Shown: piece after piece, positions 21,590-31,406 of the stretch | How the letters are laid out: each line of letters opens with the position of its first letter | How positions within the stretch are numbered: position 1 is the stretch's first letter | Source: an uncultured Thermoleophilia bacterium | GTDB taxonomy: Bacteria > Actinomycetota > Thermoleophilia > RBG-16-64-13 | NCBI GenBank assembly: GCA_963749535.1 | Contig: CAVVNF010000014.1 | Coordinates: forward strand, 2,335-66,334 | Direction: 5' to 3' | Length of the DNA: 64,000 nucleotides | The notes under the pieces: generated by a model | The model's database searches: none | What the model saw: only the letters and a program-made list of their open reading frames with translations | Told to the model about the DNA's origin: nothing | Program-made: the position numbers and the translations under genes

Positions 21590-22517
21590 GTTTTCCTCAG
21601 CTACTTTCTGGACCGCCCTCGTATCCGGCGCCATTCTGGCCGGCATGCCGCTGCTGCTTGGCGGCCTAGGCGAGACCATCGCAGAACGGGCGGGCCTTCT
21701 GACCATCGGCCTGGAAGGCTACATGTTATTCGGTGGTTACGTAGGGTTTGTCGCGGCCCTGTACTCACATTCCTCCGCGGCCGGGCTCCTGGCGGGTCTG
21801 GTAGCGGGAGTAGCAGGATCTTTGATCATGATGTTCCTGTGCGTTCACTGGGGTCTGGATCAGATCGTGGTGGGTATCGGTATCTTGTTCCTTTTCGAAG
21901 GACTGACGAGTGTCGCGCAGCGAGCGCAATTCGGCACCACCTATCCCCGTTTGGGAAACGTCCCGGAGGTGAAGATCCCGCTCCTCGACAGGATTCCCGC
22001 GGTGGGAGCCAGCCTGTTCAGTCAGCCGCTCGTCGTATATCTGAGCTTCATCCTGGTGGTCGTGATCTGGTGGGTGCTCAAGCACACCAACGCGGGGCTG
22101 AGCCTGCGGGCTGCGGGTGAAAAGCCGAAGGCTCTCGATGTTTCCGGGGTCAGCGTCTTGAAAGTCAGGTCCATAGCCGCACTGCTCACGGGAGCTCTCG
22201 GCGGCCTGGCCGGCGCCTATATGGCCATCATCGGGGCCGGTATCTTCGTCCCCTTCATGACCAAGGGTGCCGGTTTCATCTCGATAGTCGTCGCGATGCT
22301 CGGCCGAGGGAAGCCCGGCTTAGTGGTGGTGGGTGCGTTCATCTTCGGCCTGACGGTCTCTGTGGGCACCGCTCTTCAGATCGTGGGCGTGACTATCTCC
22401 ACAGACTTCATCAACATGCTGCCCTTCCTGATCGTCATGGCGGCGCTGATCTTGCTTGCTCGCCGGTCCGTTCTCCCGGCGGCGTTGGCTATCCCATACA
22501 AAAGAGAGGGTCATTAA
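21582..22517 (+). CDS. ABC permease
   Basis: ERAGLLTIGLEG, DQIVVG, RAAGEKPKAL, GFISIVVAMLG. Confidence 0.92.
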   Translation: MSEFSSATFWTALVSGAILAGMPLLLGGLGETIAERAGLLTIGLEGYMLFGGYVGFVAALYSHSSAAGLLAGLVAGVAGSLIMMFLCVHWGLDQIVVGIGILFLFEGLTSVAQRAQFGTTYPRLGNVPEVKIPLLDRIPAVGASLFSQPLVVYLSFILVVVIWWVLKHTNAGLSLRAAGEKPKALDVSGVSVLKVRSIAALLTGALGGLAGAYMAIIGAGIFVPFMTKGAGFISIVVAMLGRGKPGLVVVGAFIFGLTVSVGTALQIVGVTISTDFINMLPFLIVMAALILLARRSVLPAALAIPYKREGH

Positions 22518-22594
22518 TCAGGCTGGACGTTTCCGGTTTTCGCGGACCGCCTCGGAGCTGTCCTTGAAATAGGCCCTGAGAGGAGTCTAAAGAG

Positions 22595-23755
22595 ATGAAA
22601 CCTGCAGATTTCACGCTGAGTGCCGGTCCCACGACCGTTTCGGCCGAGGTCATGGCCGCCATGGGGCGGCCGATCATCTATCACTACGACCCGTCGTTCC
22701 TGGAGACGTTCAAGCGGACCTGCGAGAAGGCGGCTCAGGTCTTTCAAACCAAGGAAGACGTCATCCTCATGCAGGGTGAAGCAGTGGTGGGCCTCGAAGC
22801 TGCAGGCCGAGCCTGTGTAAGACCGGGAATGCCGGTCCTGAATCTGGTGTCGGGCGTCTTCGGCAAGGGGATGGGCGACTGGCTCCGCCAGTGGGGCGCC
22901 ACCGTCTATGAGATCACCGTGCCGTTCGACGAGGCCATCGATGCGGGGCAAGTGGAGAAGGCTCTCAAAGAGCATCCGGACGTGGAACTTGTCACCGTGG
23001 TCCATTCGGAGACCCCCTCGGGCACTCTGAACCCGGTGAAGGAGATAGGGCCGCTCTGCAAGGCGCACGGCGCGGTTACGCTGGTGGACTGCGTGTCCTC
23101 GCTCGCGGGGATGCCCTTCCTGCCGGACGACTGGCAACTGGACATCTGCGTGGCCGGGGCGCAGAAGTGCCTCTCCGGTCCTCCAGGGATCACCCCCATG
23201 ACCGTGAGCAAAGACGCGTGGGCCCTCGTCGACAAGAACCCGGACGCGCTACGGTGGTCGTTCGTGGCTCTGCTCGACTGGCGGGAGATCTACCTCAAGG
23301 GCGGGCGCTTCCCGTTCACGCCGTCTGTGTCCGACGTCTTCGGCCTCGAGGCCTCGCTCGACTGGGTGTTGGAGCAAGGGTTGGACGCGTGCATCGCCCA
23401 GCACAGCCTGGCGGCCGCGGCCTGCCGCGCCGGCATCAAGGCCATGGGTCTGAAGCTGTGGCCGAAGAGCGAAGCGATCATGTCCACCTGCACCACCGCC
23501 ATCGCGGTTCCGGACGGGCTCACCGACATCCAGGTGCGCAACCACGTTCGCCAGCATTACGGCGTGATGATCTCGGCCGGGCAGAATGCCGGCAACCTGG
23601 TCCGCATTGGCCACATGGGAGTGACCGCCCGGTCGATGTATCCGGTGGCCGGTCTGTCGGCCCTTGGCCAGAGCCTGCGCGACCTGGGCGTGAAAGTGGA
23701 TATCGGCGCCGGGCTTGAGGCTGCGCTGGAGGTGATCAGCAAGGGCAACGCGTAG
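22595..23755 (+). CDS. ppaT: Pyridoxamine--pyruvate aminotransferase homologue (class V fold)
   Basis: TL.AGP, YHYDP.F, QGEAVVGLEAA (PPAT-type Glu), LNLVSGVFGKG, QKCL, FPFTPSVS, RIGHMG, resembling M. loti Mlr6806 as recalled. Confidence 0.8.
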   Translation: MKPADFTLSAGPTTVSAEVMAAMGRPIIYHYDPSFLETFKRTCEKAAQVFQTKEDVILMQGEAVVGLEAAGRACVRPGMPVLNLVSGVFGKGMGDWLRQWGATVYEITVPFDEAIDAGQVEKALKEHPDVELVTVVHSETPSGTLNPVKEIGPLCKAHGAVTLVDCVSSLAGMPFLPDDWQLDICVAGAQKCLSGPPGITPMTVSKDAWALVDKNPDALRWSFVALLDWREIYLKGGRFPFTPSVSDVFGLEASLDWVLEQGLDACIAQHSLAAAACRAGIKAMGLKLWPKSEAIMSTCTTAIAVPDGLTDIQVRNHVRQHYGVMISAGQNAGNLVRIGHMGVTARSMYPVAGLSALGQSLRDLGVKVDIGAGLEAALEVISKGNA

Positions 23756-23797
23756 GGAGAGGAAGCTTAGTCCAGGGTGCATTGGAGGAGGTTTGAT

Positions 23798-24208
23798 TTG
23801 AGCCACGTGGTGTTTCACAAGGAGTTGTGCACGGATTGCCGGATGTGCTCCCAGATCTGTTCGATGAACAAACTTGGCAGCGTCACGCCGGCGAGCTCGT
23901 GCATACAGATAGATAGGGACCGCTCGATCTACTACGGGGACATGTCGTGCCGGGTGTGTGACATGACCCACGATCGCGCCTGCGTGGAGGCCTGCCCGGT
24001 GGAGGCGCTCACGTACGACGCCGACCTCGACGTGGTGCGGTTCGACGCGGACCTTTGCACCGAGTGTCTGGCCTGCATGGACGAGTGTCCCAATGTGGGC
24101 CATGACGCCAAATCGGGCCGCATAATGATCTGCGATCTCTGCGACGGCGATCCCATGTGCGTGAAATGGTGTCCGGAAGGCGCCCTGACGTGGGAGGCGC
24201 AGGCATGA
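23798..24208 (+). CDS. 4Fe-4S ferredoxin-like small subunit of AOR
   Basis: CTDCRMCSQIC, CRVC, CVEACP, CTECLACMDECP, CDLCDGDPMCVKWCP. Confidence 0.9.
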   Translation: MSHVVFHKELCTDCRMCSQICSMNKLGSVTPASSCIQIDRDRSIYYGDMSCRVCDMTHDRACVEACPVEALTYDADLDVVRFDADLCTECLACMDECPNVGHDAKSGRIMICDLCDGDPMCVKWCPEGALTWEAQA

Positions 24209-26010
24209 AATACGGTGGATATACCGGCAAGTTCCTCACTGTCGACCTGTCCACCGGGACGTTCGGCACGTGGGACACCCCGGACGAGATGGCCGAGGAG
24301 TACCTTGGCGGCCGGGGCTTCATCGCGAAGATCCTCTACGATCGGTTGGCGCCGAAGATCGATCCGCTGGGCCCCGACAACATCATCGTCTTCGCCACAG
24401 GCCCGGCCACAGGCACGCTCGTCCCCACCGCGGGCCGGATAGCGGTCGGCGCGAAGAGCCCGCTCACCAACACGATCTCGGCCAGCTACATGGGGGGCCA
24501 TTTCGGTGGCACCCTCAAATACGCCGGTTACGACGGCATTATCATCACTGGCGTCTCTCCCAAGCCGGTCACCCTGGTCATCGACGACGCCAAGGTGAGC
24601 CTGCGCGACGCTTCCAATCTGTGGGGCAAAGAGACCAAGGAGTCCCAGGACATCCTTCGTGAAGAATTGGGCGAAGGCTTCGAGCTCGGTTCCATCGGAC
24701 CGGCGGGCGAGAATCTCTCGCCGATCAGCACGTTCATGCACGTGCAGCGCGCGGCCGGCAGGGGCGGCATAGGCGCGGTTTTCGGATCCAAGAACCTGAA
24801 AGCGGTGGCGGTGCGCGGCACGGGCGGTATCACTGTTGGCACGCCTGTCGCTGAGTTCATACAGGGCTGCCGGGAGATGCACGACATCATCATGGCCAAC
24901 CCAGTGCGCCCGGCATTCCGGTTTGCCGGCACCACGGGAATGCTCCCGGTGGTCAACAGCATCATCGGGCTGCCGTACATGAACCACCAGGACGACCAGG
25001 TGCCGGACGTGCAACCCATCCACAACGAGACCATCTATCAGTACGTGAACAAGATCGAGTCCTGCGCGGGGTGCAATGTGTTCTGTGGCGCAGTGGTCGA
25101 GTTCGACCGCAACGGCCAGCACTATCGCACTGAGAGGCTTGACCACGAGTCCACCTGGGCTTTGGGGCCCAACTGCGGCACCGTCGACCTGCCGGCCATC
25201 ATGGAAGCCAACATGCTCTGCGACTACTTGGGGCTGGACACGATGAGCACCGGCGGCGCGATCTCCTGGGCCATGGAGATGACGCAACGCGGTCTGCTCA
25301 CCAAAGAAGAGACCGACGGTCTCGACTTCAGCTTCGGCAACGCGGACGTGCTTGCTCCGGCAATCAAGAAGATGGCGGCGCGCGAGGGCTTCGGCGACAC
25401 TCTGGCGCTGGGCAGCCGCGGGGCAGCGCGCAAGGTGGGTAAAGGCGAAGAATACGCCATGCAGGTGAAAGGCCTGGAGATGTCGGCCTACGCCGTGCGG
25501 GCATTCACCGGGATGGGCCTTAGCTTCGCCACCACAAGCCGCGGCGCCGACCACAATAAGGCGTTCACTGTCGCCGCCGAGTTCCTGGGCGTGCTCGGCA
25601 ATTACGACCGCTACTCGATGGAGGGCAAGCCGCATCTGGTCAAGAGCATGCAGGACAGCACCGCCATCATCGATTCGCTCATCATGTGCATGTTCACCGT
25701 GGACTTGGGCATCGGCATCGACCTGTACGCGAAGTGCGCGTCGCTGCCGACCGGCATGAAGTTCACGGAGGAAGACGTGTACACCGTGGGTGAGCGCATC
25801 AACACCGTGGAGCGCCTTTTCAACATGAACGAGGGCATGGGCCGGGCAGACGACAACCTTCCCCCGCGCTTCGCCAAGGAGGCGGCCCCTTCAGACCCAG
25901 ACGGCCACACCATCGACGTGCTCGCGGTGATGGACGAGTACTACGCGGAGCGTGAGTACGACGAGAACGGTGCGCCGACCCCGGCCTTGCTGGCCAGGCT
26001 CGGGCTTTAG
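24205..26010 (+). CDS. aor: Aldehyde:ferredoxin oxidoreductase family (W-pterin), copy 1
   Basis: YLGGRG, KSPLT, AAGRGGIGAVFGSKNLKA, CAGCNVFC, LGLDTMS, RGADH. Confidence 0.93.
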   Translation: MKYGGYTGKFLTVDLSTGTFGTWDTPDEMAEEYLGGRGFIAKILYDRLAPKIDPLGPDNIIVFATGPATGTLVPTAGRIAVGAKSPLTNTISASYMGGHFGGTLKYAGYDGIIITGVSPKPVTLVIDDAKVSLRDASNLWGKETKESQDILREELGEGFELGSIGPAGENLSPISTFMHVQRAAGRGGIGAVFGSKNLKAVAVRGTGGITVGTPVAEFIQGCREMHDIIMANPVRPAFRFAGTTGMLPVVNSIIGLPYMNHQDDQVPDVQPIHNETIYQYVNKIESCAGCNVFCGAVVEFDRNGQHYRTERLDHESTWALGPNCGTVDLPAIMEANMLCDYLGLDTMSTGGAISWAMEMTQRGLLTKEETDGLDFSFGNADVLAPAIKKMAAREGFGDTLALGSRGAARKVGKGEEYAMQVKGLEMSAYAVRAFTGMGLSFATTSRGADHNKAFTVAAEFLGVLGNYDRYSMEGKPHLVKSMQDSTAIIDSLIMCMFTVDLGIGIDLYAKCASLPTGMKFTEEDVYTVGERINTVERLFNMNEGMGRADDNLPPRFAKEAAPSDPDGHTIDVLAVMDEYYAEREYDENGAPTPALLARLGL

Positions 26011-26037
26011 GCGGATCTGCGCAAGACGGGGAGCAGC

Positions 26038-26277
26038 ATGCGGCTGGGGGTCACTTTGTTCGGGCCTTACGCGAAGCTGCTCCCCCCTGGCAGTGAGGGG
26101 GGCCGGACTTCTGTTGAGCTGCGGGAGCCGGCCACTCTGGAGCAGGTGCTCGATCACCTGGGCGTCCCGGAGGGGGGGCGCACGTACGTGACGGTGAACG
26201 GTCGACGGGTCGAGTTGGCCAGCGCGGTGGCCGAGGGAGACGAGATACGCGTGATCGTCCCTTTGGGCGGCGGATGA
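26038..26277 (+). CDS. MoaD/ThiS sulfur carrier
   Basis: 79 aa, C-terminal GG, follows AOR. Confidence 0.85.
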   Translation: MRLGVTLFGPYAKLLPPGSEGGRTSVELREPATLEQVLDHLGVPEGGRTYVTVNGRRVELASAVAEGDEIRVIVPLGGG

Positions 26278-26309
26278 GGGGCAAGTGAGCGGATGGCGAG
26301 GAGTCGGGG

Positions 26310-27101
26310 ATGATCAGACAGGCGCGTAGCAGGGGCATACCTCTTTACTATCAGGTGATGCGGTCATTGAAAGAGGATATCGTCGCCGGTCGGTTCGCGC
26401 CCGAAGAGCGGCTCCCATCGGAATTGGAGCTCACCGAGATGTTCAAGGTGAGCCGGGTGGTGGTTCGCCAGGCGCTTCAGATCCTTGAGGACGAAGGCCT
26501 TATCGACAGGCTCAAGGGAAGGGGAACTTTCGTCAACAAGGATGCGACGGCGGAGGAAGTGCCCGTCCTCTCCGGCTATATCGAGGACTTCTTGCGGGTG
26601 GGTCTTTCGACCAAGGCGAAAGTGCTGCAGTTCGGCATCGTAAAGGCCACGCCGGACCTCGCCACTGTTTTTCATGCCGACGAGGGCACCGAGCTCTTCT
26701 ACGTCAAACGCTTGCGGACTGTGGAAGGGCGGCCCTTCTCGGTGGTGGAGAACTATCTACCGTACGACGTTGGCATGCGCATCCCGCTGGTGCGCGTCGA
26801 GGATGAACCGCTCATGAGTCTCATCGAGGAGTACACGGGGATACCCATCGACTGGGCTACCCAGGTCTTCCAGGCCATTTCCGCGGACGCGGAGCTTGCC
26901 GGGCTCCTGGAGATCGACCCCATGGCTCCCATCCTGAAGATGAACCTTACCGCGTACACGGTCAAGGGACAGGTCGTGAACAACGCCAGTGTCTTCTACC
27001 GTTCCGACCGCTACAACCATCACGGCTATCTCCGCCGCCGCCGGGGAGAGGATGCCTTTGGGTGGACTCCGGTAGAGAGGATCGTCCCGGAGACGCATTG
27101 A
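26310..27101 (+). CDS. GntR/HutC-family regulator with UTRA domain
   Basis: PLYYQV, LPSELEL, VSRVVVRQAL, GRGTFV. Confidence 0.92.
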   Translation: MIRQARSRGIPLYYQVMRSLKEDIVAGRFAPEERLPSELELTEMFKVSRVVVRQALQILEDEGLIDRLKGRGTFVNKDATAEEVPVLSGYIEDFLRVGLSTKAKVLQFGIVKATPDLATVFHADEGTELFYVKRLRTVEGRPFSVVENYLPYDVGMRIPLVRVEDEPLMSLIEEYTGIPIDWATQVFQAISADAELAGLLEIDPMAPILKMNLTAYTVKGQVVNNASVFYRSDRYNHHGYLRRRRGEDAFGWTPVERIVPETH

Positions 27102-27185
27102 TAAGCCGGTTCTGCCGCACGTGTTGGAGGCGTCAGCGCCGGCGGTCAACTTCAAGATCGATCATCGACGGATGAGGAGGTTTGG

Positions 27186-28223
27186 ATGCGCGCACTACGT
27201 TTGATGGGTCCCCGTGAGCTGAAAATAGACGAGGTGCCCGAGCCCAAGATCACGGATGCCAAGAGCGCGGTCCTTCAAGTGACCAAGACCGCCATCTGCG
27301 GCGCCGATCTCATACCCTATTGGGGCTACGTGCCCGGATGGGAATGGGGCACCACGATGGGTCACGAGTTCGTGGGCGTGATCAAGGAGACCGGTCCCGG
27401 CGTCAGCCTCGTCAAGCCGGGAGACCGGGTGGTCTGCTCGTCGATGACCGCGTGCGGCGTGTGCTGGGCGTGCCGCCACGGGATGCAGCCGCAATGCGAG
27501 AAGAGGGCTTTGTTCGGCTTTTCGGGCGCATATCCGCGCCTGGACGGCGGGCAAGCGGAGCTGGTGCTCATCCCGAACGCGGACCGGGACCTTTGGATAC
27601 TGCCGGCAGAGATATCCGACGAAGCCGGCGTCTTTGTGGCCGACATCCTCTCAACCGCTTATCGCGGCGTGCAGCGTGCCGACGTGAAGCTGGGCGACTC
27701 CGTGGTGGTGGTCGGCTGTGGACCGGTAGGCCTCATGTCGATCCTCACCGCGCGGCTCACGGCCGGCCAGGTGATCGCGGTGGACACCGTCCCGGCACGT
27801 CTGGAGCAGGCCAAGGCCATGGGCGCCATCCCAGTAGACGCGTCATCCCAAGACGCCGTCGCCGCGGTGATGGAGCTGACCGGAGGCCGCGGGGCTGAGG
27901 TGGTCATGGAATGCGCCGGCGGCGTCCCCGCGCTCACATCAGCGATGCAGATGGCGCGGGTGAGAGGCACAGTGAGCGTTATCGGCGCTCATTTCGAGCC
28001 CGATTTCCCGCTGGATGCCGGGGCTATGTTCGCGAAGGAGACCAACCTGGTCTTCTCCATCGGCGCCCCCACGGACGACAGGGAGAAGGTCCTCGACCTC
28101 ATCCGGCTGGGCCGGATAGACCCAGTTCCGACGGTCTCGCACCGCATGTCTCTGAACGACGCTCCCGAAGCCTACAGGATGTTCGAGGCACGCGAAGCCA
28201 CGAAGATCGTCCTGACCCCGTAG
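27186..28223 (+). CDS. Zn-dependent alcohol dehydrogenase (MDR)
   Basis: ICGAD, GHEFVG, CGVCWAC...C, ADILSTAY, GCGPVG. Confidence 0.92.
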   Translation: MRALRLMGPRELKIDEVPEPKITDAKSAVLQVTKTAICGADLIPYWGYVPGWEWGTTMGHEFVGVIKETGPGVSLVKPGDRVVCSSMTACGVCWACRHGMQPQCEKRALFGFSGAYPRLDGGQAELVLIPNADRDLWILPAEISDEAGVFVADILSTAYRGVQRADVKLGDSVVVVGCGPVGLMSILTARLTAGQVIAVDTVPARLEQAKAMGAIPVDASSQDAVAAVMELTGGRGAEVVMECAGGVPALTSAMQMARVRGTVSVIGAHFEPDFPLDAGAMFAKETNLVFSIGAPTDDREKVLDLIRLGRIDPVPTVSHRMSLNDAPEAYRMFEAREATKIVLTP

Positions 28224-28247
28224 GCGATCAGTGTACCTGTAGGGGTG

Positions 28248-28298
28248 TTGACTTCACTACCTGTGTACTATATTTATATTAAAGTTAATACAAGTAGG
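28248..28298 (+). promoter_or_regulatory. AT-rich internal promoter/operator region
   Basis: TTGACT followed by ACTACCTG, an AT-rich tract and inverted CAAGTAG; -10 spacing ambiguous. Confidence 0.45.
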
Positions 28299-28358
28299 TC
28301 TCTGAGCGTTATGTCACCCAAGCTTCTGTCTAAATCGCCCATACCTGAGGAGTAGCAG

Positions 28359-29511
28359 ATGGCCGCGAACGCAAAGTCCTTTTTCCTGGGAACCAGGCTC
28401 GTACATGGTCTTGGCGCTATCTCTGGGCTGGCCGGCCATGTCAAAGCTCTCGGTGGTACGAAAGCTTTCGTATGCACCGACAAAGGTCTCACCGGCGCCG
28501 GGGTCACCGAGCGGGTCACCGGCATTCTTGATGCGGGTGGCGTGCCGTACGTGGTCTTCGACGATGTCCCTGAGGATCCCGGTGTAGCCGTCGTGGCCAC
28601 CGGAGTCGAGCTTTTCCTCGCGGAGAAGTGCGACGTGATGGTCGCCCTCGGTGGCGGAAGCCCGATGTGCGCGGGCAAGGGCATCGCGCTGGTGGCTGCC
28701 AACGGGGGCACGCTTACCGACTACGAGGGATTCAACAAGGCTGCCAAACCGCCGTACCCGGTGATCGCCATTCCCACCACGGCGGGGTCGGGCACCGAAG
28801 TCTCCAAGGTCAACATCCTCACGGACGAGGCGCGCAACTTCAAGATGTCATTTCTCGATGAGCGCACCTTCCCGAAGATCGCGCTCCTCGACGGCGAGCT
28901 GATGGAAAAGCTGCCCGCATGGCCCGCGCTCGTGGCCGGGATCGACGCTCTGGCCCATGCCCTCGATGCCGTCTGGTCCGTGGGCGCCACCCAGATGTCA
29001 GATGGTCTTGCCATCACCTCGGCGGCGACCATCTTCGAGGCGCTGCCGAAGGCCGCGCTTACCGGCGACCTGGCGGCCAAGCAGACCATGCTCGAGGCCA
29101 GCTCGATAGCGAACATCGCCACGGGCACGTCGCTGCCGGGTCTGGCTCACGTCCTGTCTCAGCCCCTGGGCCGGCTATCACATGGCCCATGGCTTGGCCA
29201 CCGGGATCATGCTCCCGTACACCATGGAGTTCAACCTGCCCGTAGCTTCGCAGAAGCTGGCCCCCATCGCCCGTCTGCTCGGTGAGAGCGGCAGCGACCG
29301 GGAGCTGGCGGAGAGCTTGCTGGGCAGACTTTGGGACATGATGGACGAGGTGGGCCTACCGACTTCCCTCGATCCCACGGTAGTCAAAGAAGAAGACCTC
29401 CCCGTGCTGGTGGAGCAATGCACGAAAGTCGTCAACTACCGGCTGAACCTGAGGTTCGCCTCCCCAGCCGATCTCACGTCGCTGTATATGAAGGCGCTGG
29501 GAAAGGAGTAA
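28359..29511 (+). CDS. Iron-containing alcohol dehydrogenase family (frameshift ~29180)
   Basis: GGGSPM, IPTTAGSGTEVS, DALAHALD, GLAHVLS, HGLA. Confidence 0.9.
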
Positions 29512-29514
29512 TTT

Positions 29515-31395
29515 ATGGAGGCACAACCCGGCGGAGCCTGGTGGGGCAAAGTCTTGTTTGTCGATGTTGGGACCGGAGAGACTCGCGAGGAAGCACTCGA
29601 TCGCGACGCGGCCCGCGACTTCGTCGGCGGGCGCGGTCTCGGAGCCTTCTATCTGTTCAAGCATCTGAAAGCAGGCACCGATCCACTGAGCCCCGAGAAC
29701 CCGCTGATCTTCGCGAGCGGCCCACTCTCTGGCACTTCCTGCCCTGGCTCGGCCCGCGCAGCCGTGGTCACCAAATCGCCTCAGAGCGGCCTGTACACGT
29801 TCGCCGTCACCGGCGGCGATCTGGGTCCGGCACTGAAGAAGTGCGGCTATGACGTGATCATCATCACCGGCAAAGCGGAAAACCCGGTGTATTTGGAAGT
29901 AGGACCCAACGGCGCGCGCATCCGGGATGCGGCGCACCTGTGGGGGCTGGACACGCAGGTAGCTCAGCAGATGATCAAGGAAGAGCGGCGGAACGACGAC
30001 ATCGCCATTACCTGCATCGGGCAGGGCGGCGAGAGACTGGTGCCGTATGCCTGTCTGATAAATGAGCGCCGCGCCCTCGGCCGGGGCGGCGCCGGTGCCG
30101 TCATGGGCTCGAAGAATATGAAGGCATTGGTGGTCAAGAAGGGCCCCAGCTCGCCGCCACTCGCCGATCCCCAGGCTTTCCGGGAGGCATCGCGCAGCGC
30201 GACGGCTCAGTGCCGCAAGCACCCCTTCACGTCCGGGCCTCTTTCTTCGTTCGGCTCGGTGAGCACGGTGGCCGTGACAGTGAACAGCTCCATCATGCCC
30301 GCGGACAACTGGCAGCGCTCGACGCCGGTGGAGTTGGGCAAGCAGCTGTTCGGCAACGTCCTTCGGGAGAAATACCTTCTCAAGGATGTAGCGAGCGGGG
30401 ATCCCTGCACCTCGAAGTGCTCCAAGCTCACTGTGGTCAGGGAGGGTCCCTATGCGGGCTCCTTCACGGAGGGGCCGGAGTACGAGACGGTCTACGCAGT
30501 CGGTACCGCTTGCGGCATCTTCGACCTCGGCGTGATAATCCACGCCGACATGCTGTGCGACCTCTACGGGATCGACACGATGTCCGTGGGTGGCACCATC
30601 GCCTTCGCCATGGAGTGCTACGAGAAGGGCCTGCTGACCAAGGAAGACACCGGCGGCATCGACCTCCGCTTCGGCAACGCTGAAGCGATGGTGCAACTGG
30701 TACACGACGCTGCTTTCCGGCAAGGCTTTGGCGAGAAGATCGCCATCGGCAGCCGGGCGCTGGCGGCGGAGATAGGACACGGCTCCGAAGTCTTCGCCAT
30801 GCATACCAAAGGCGTTGAGGTGGGGGGTTACGACCCACGCGGCGCCAAGGGCATGGCGCTGGTCTACGGTTGCGGACCCCGCGGGGGCTGCCACCATGCC
30901 GGTGGCTACACCGTCACGGCGGAACTCACGAACCCAGCCATGGACCGCTATGCGGACTCGGGCAAGGTGCCCATCGTGACCTTCACCCGCAACCGTCGCG
31001 CCGCGGCCGCCGATTCCGGCGGCACCTGCGCGTTCCTGACCGTCGGCATGGACGACGCCGTGCTTGCGGGCATGATAGCCGCCGCGAGTGGCAACCCCAT
31101 GACCGCCCCGGAGATGATCCTGGCCGGTGAAAGGATCAGCATGCTCGAGCGGGTGCTCAACGTTCGTGAGGGACTGCGCGCGGAAGGCGACGCGATTCCA
31201 CCGCGGATGATCACGGAGAGCGTCCCGGAAGGGGTCACGGCGGGACACACCGTGGATTGGGACCTCATGCGTTCAGAGTTCTATCAGATTTCCGAACTGG
31301 ACCCGGTGACGTCGATGCCCACCAGAGAAAAGCTGGCCAAGGTGAGCATGGAGTGGGTGCTCGAAGACCCCATCGTCGCCGGCCTGGTGAAATAG
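29515..31395 (+). CDS. aor: Aldehyde:ferredoxin oxidoreductase family (W-pterin), copy 2
   Basis: VGGRGLG, KSPQSG, GRGGAGAVMGSKNMKA, GPEYET, YGIDTMS, RGGCH. Confidence 0.92.
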   Translation: MEAQPGGAWWGKVLFVDVGTGETREEALDRDAARDFVGGRGLGAFYLFKHLKAGTDPLSPENPLIFASGPLSGTSCPGSARAAVVTKSPQSGLYTFAVTGGDLGPALKKCGYDVIIITGKAENPVYLEVGPNGARIRDAAHLWGLDTQVAQQMIKEERRNDDIAITCIGQGGERLVPYACLINERRALGRGGAGAVMGSKNMKALVVKKGPSSPPLADPQAFREASRSATAQCRKHPFTSGPLSSFGSVSTVAVTVNSSIMPADNWQRSTPVELGKQLFGNVLREKYLLKDVASGDPCTSKCSKLTVVREGPYAGSFTEGPEYETVYAVGTACGIFDLGVIIHADMLCDLYGIDTMSVGGTIAFAMECYEKGLLTKEDTGGIDLRFGNAEAMVQLVHDAAFRQGFGEKIAIGSRALAAEIGHGSEVFAMHTKGVEVGGYDPRGAKGMALVYGCGPRGGCHHAGGYTVTAELTNPAMDRYADSGKVPIVTFTRNRRAAAADSGGTCAFLTVGMDDAVLAGMIAAASGNPMTAPEMILAGERISMLERVLNVREGLRAEGDAIPPRMITESVPEGVTAGHTVDWDLMRSEFYQISELDPVTSMPTREKLAKVSMEWVLEDPIVAGLVK

Positions 31396-31406
31396 GAAGG
31401 AGAGCA

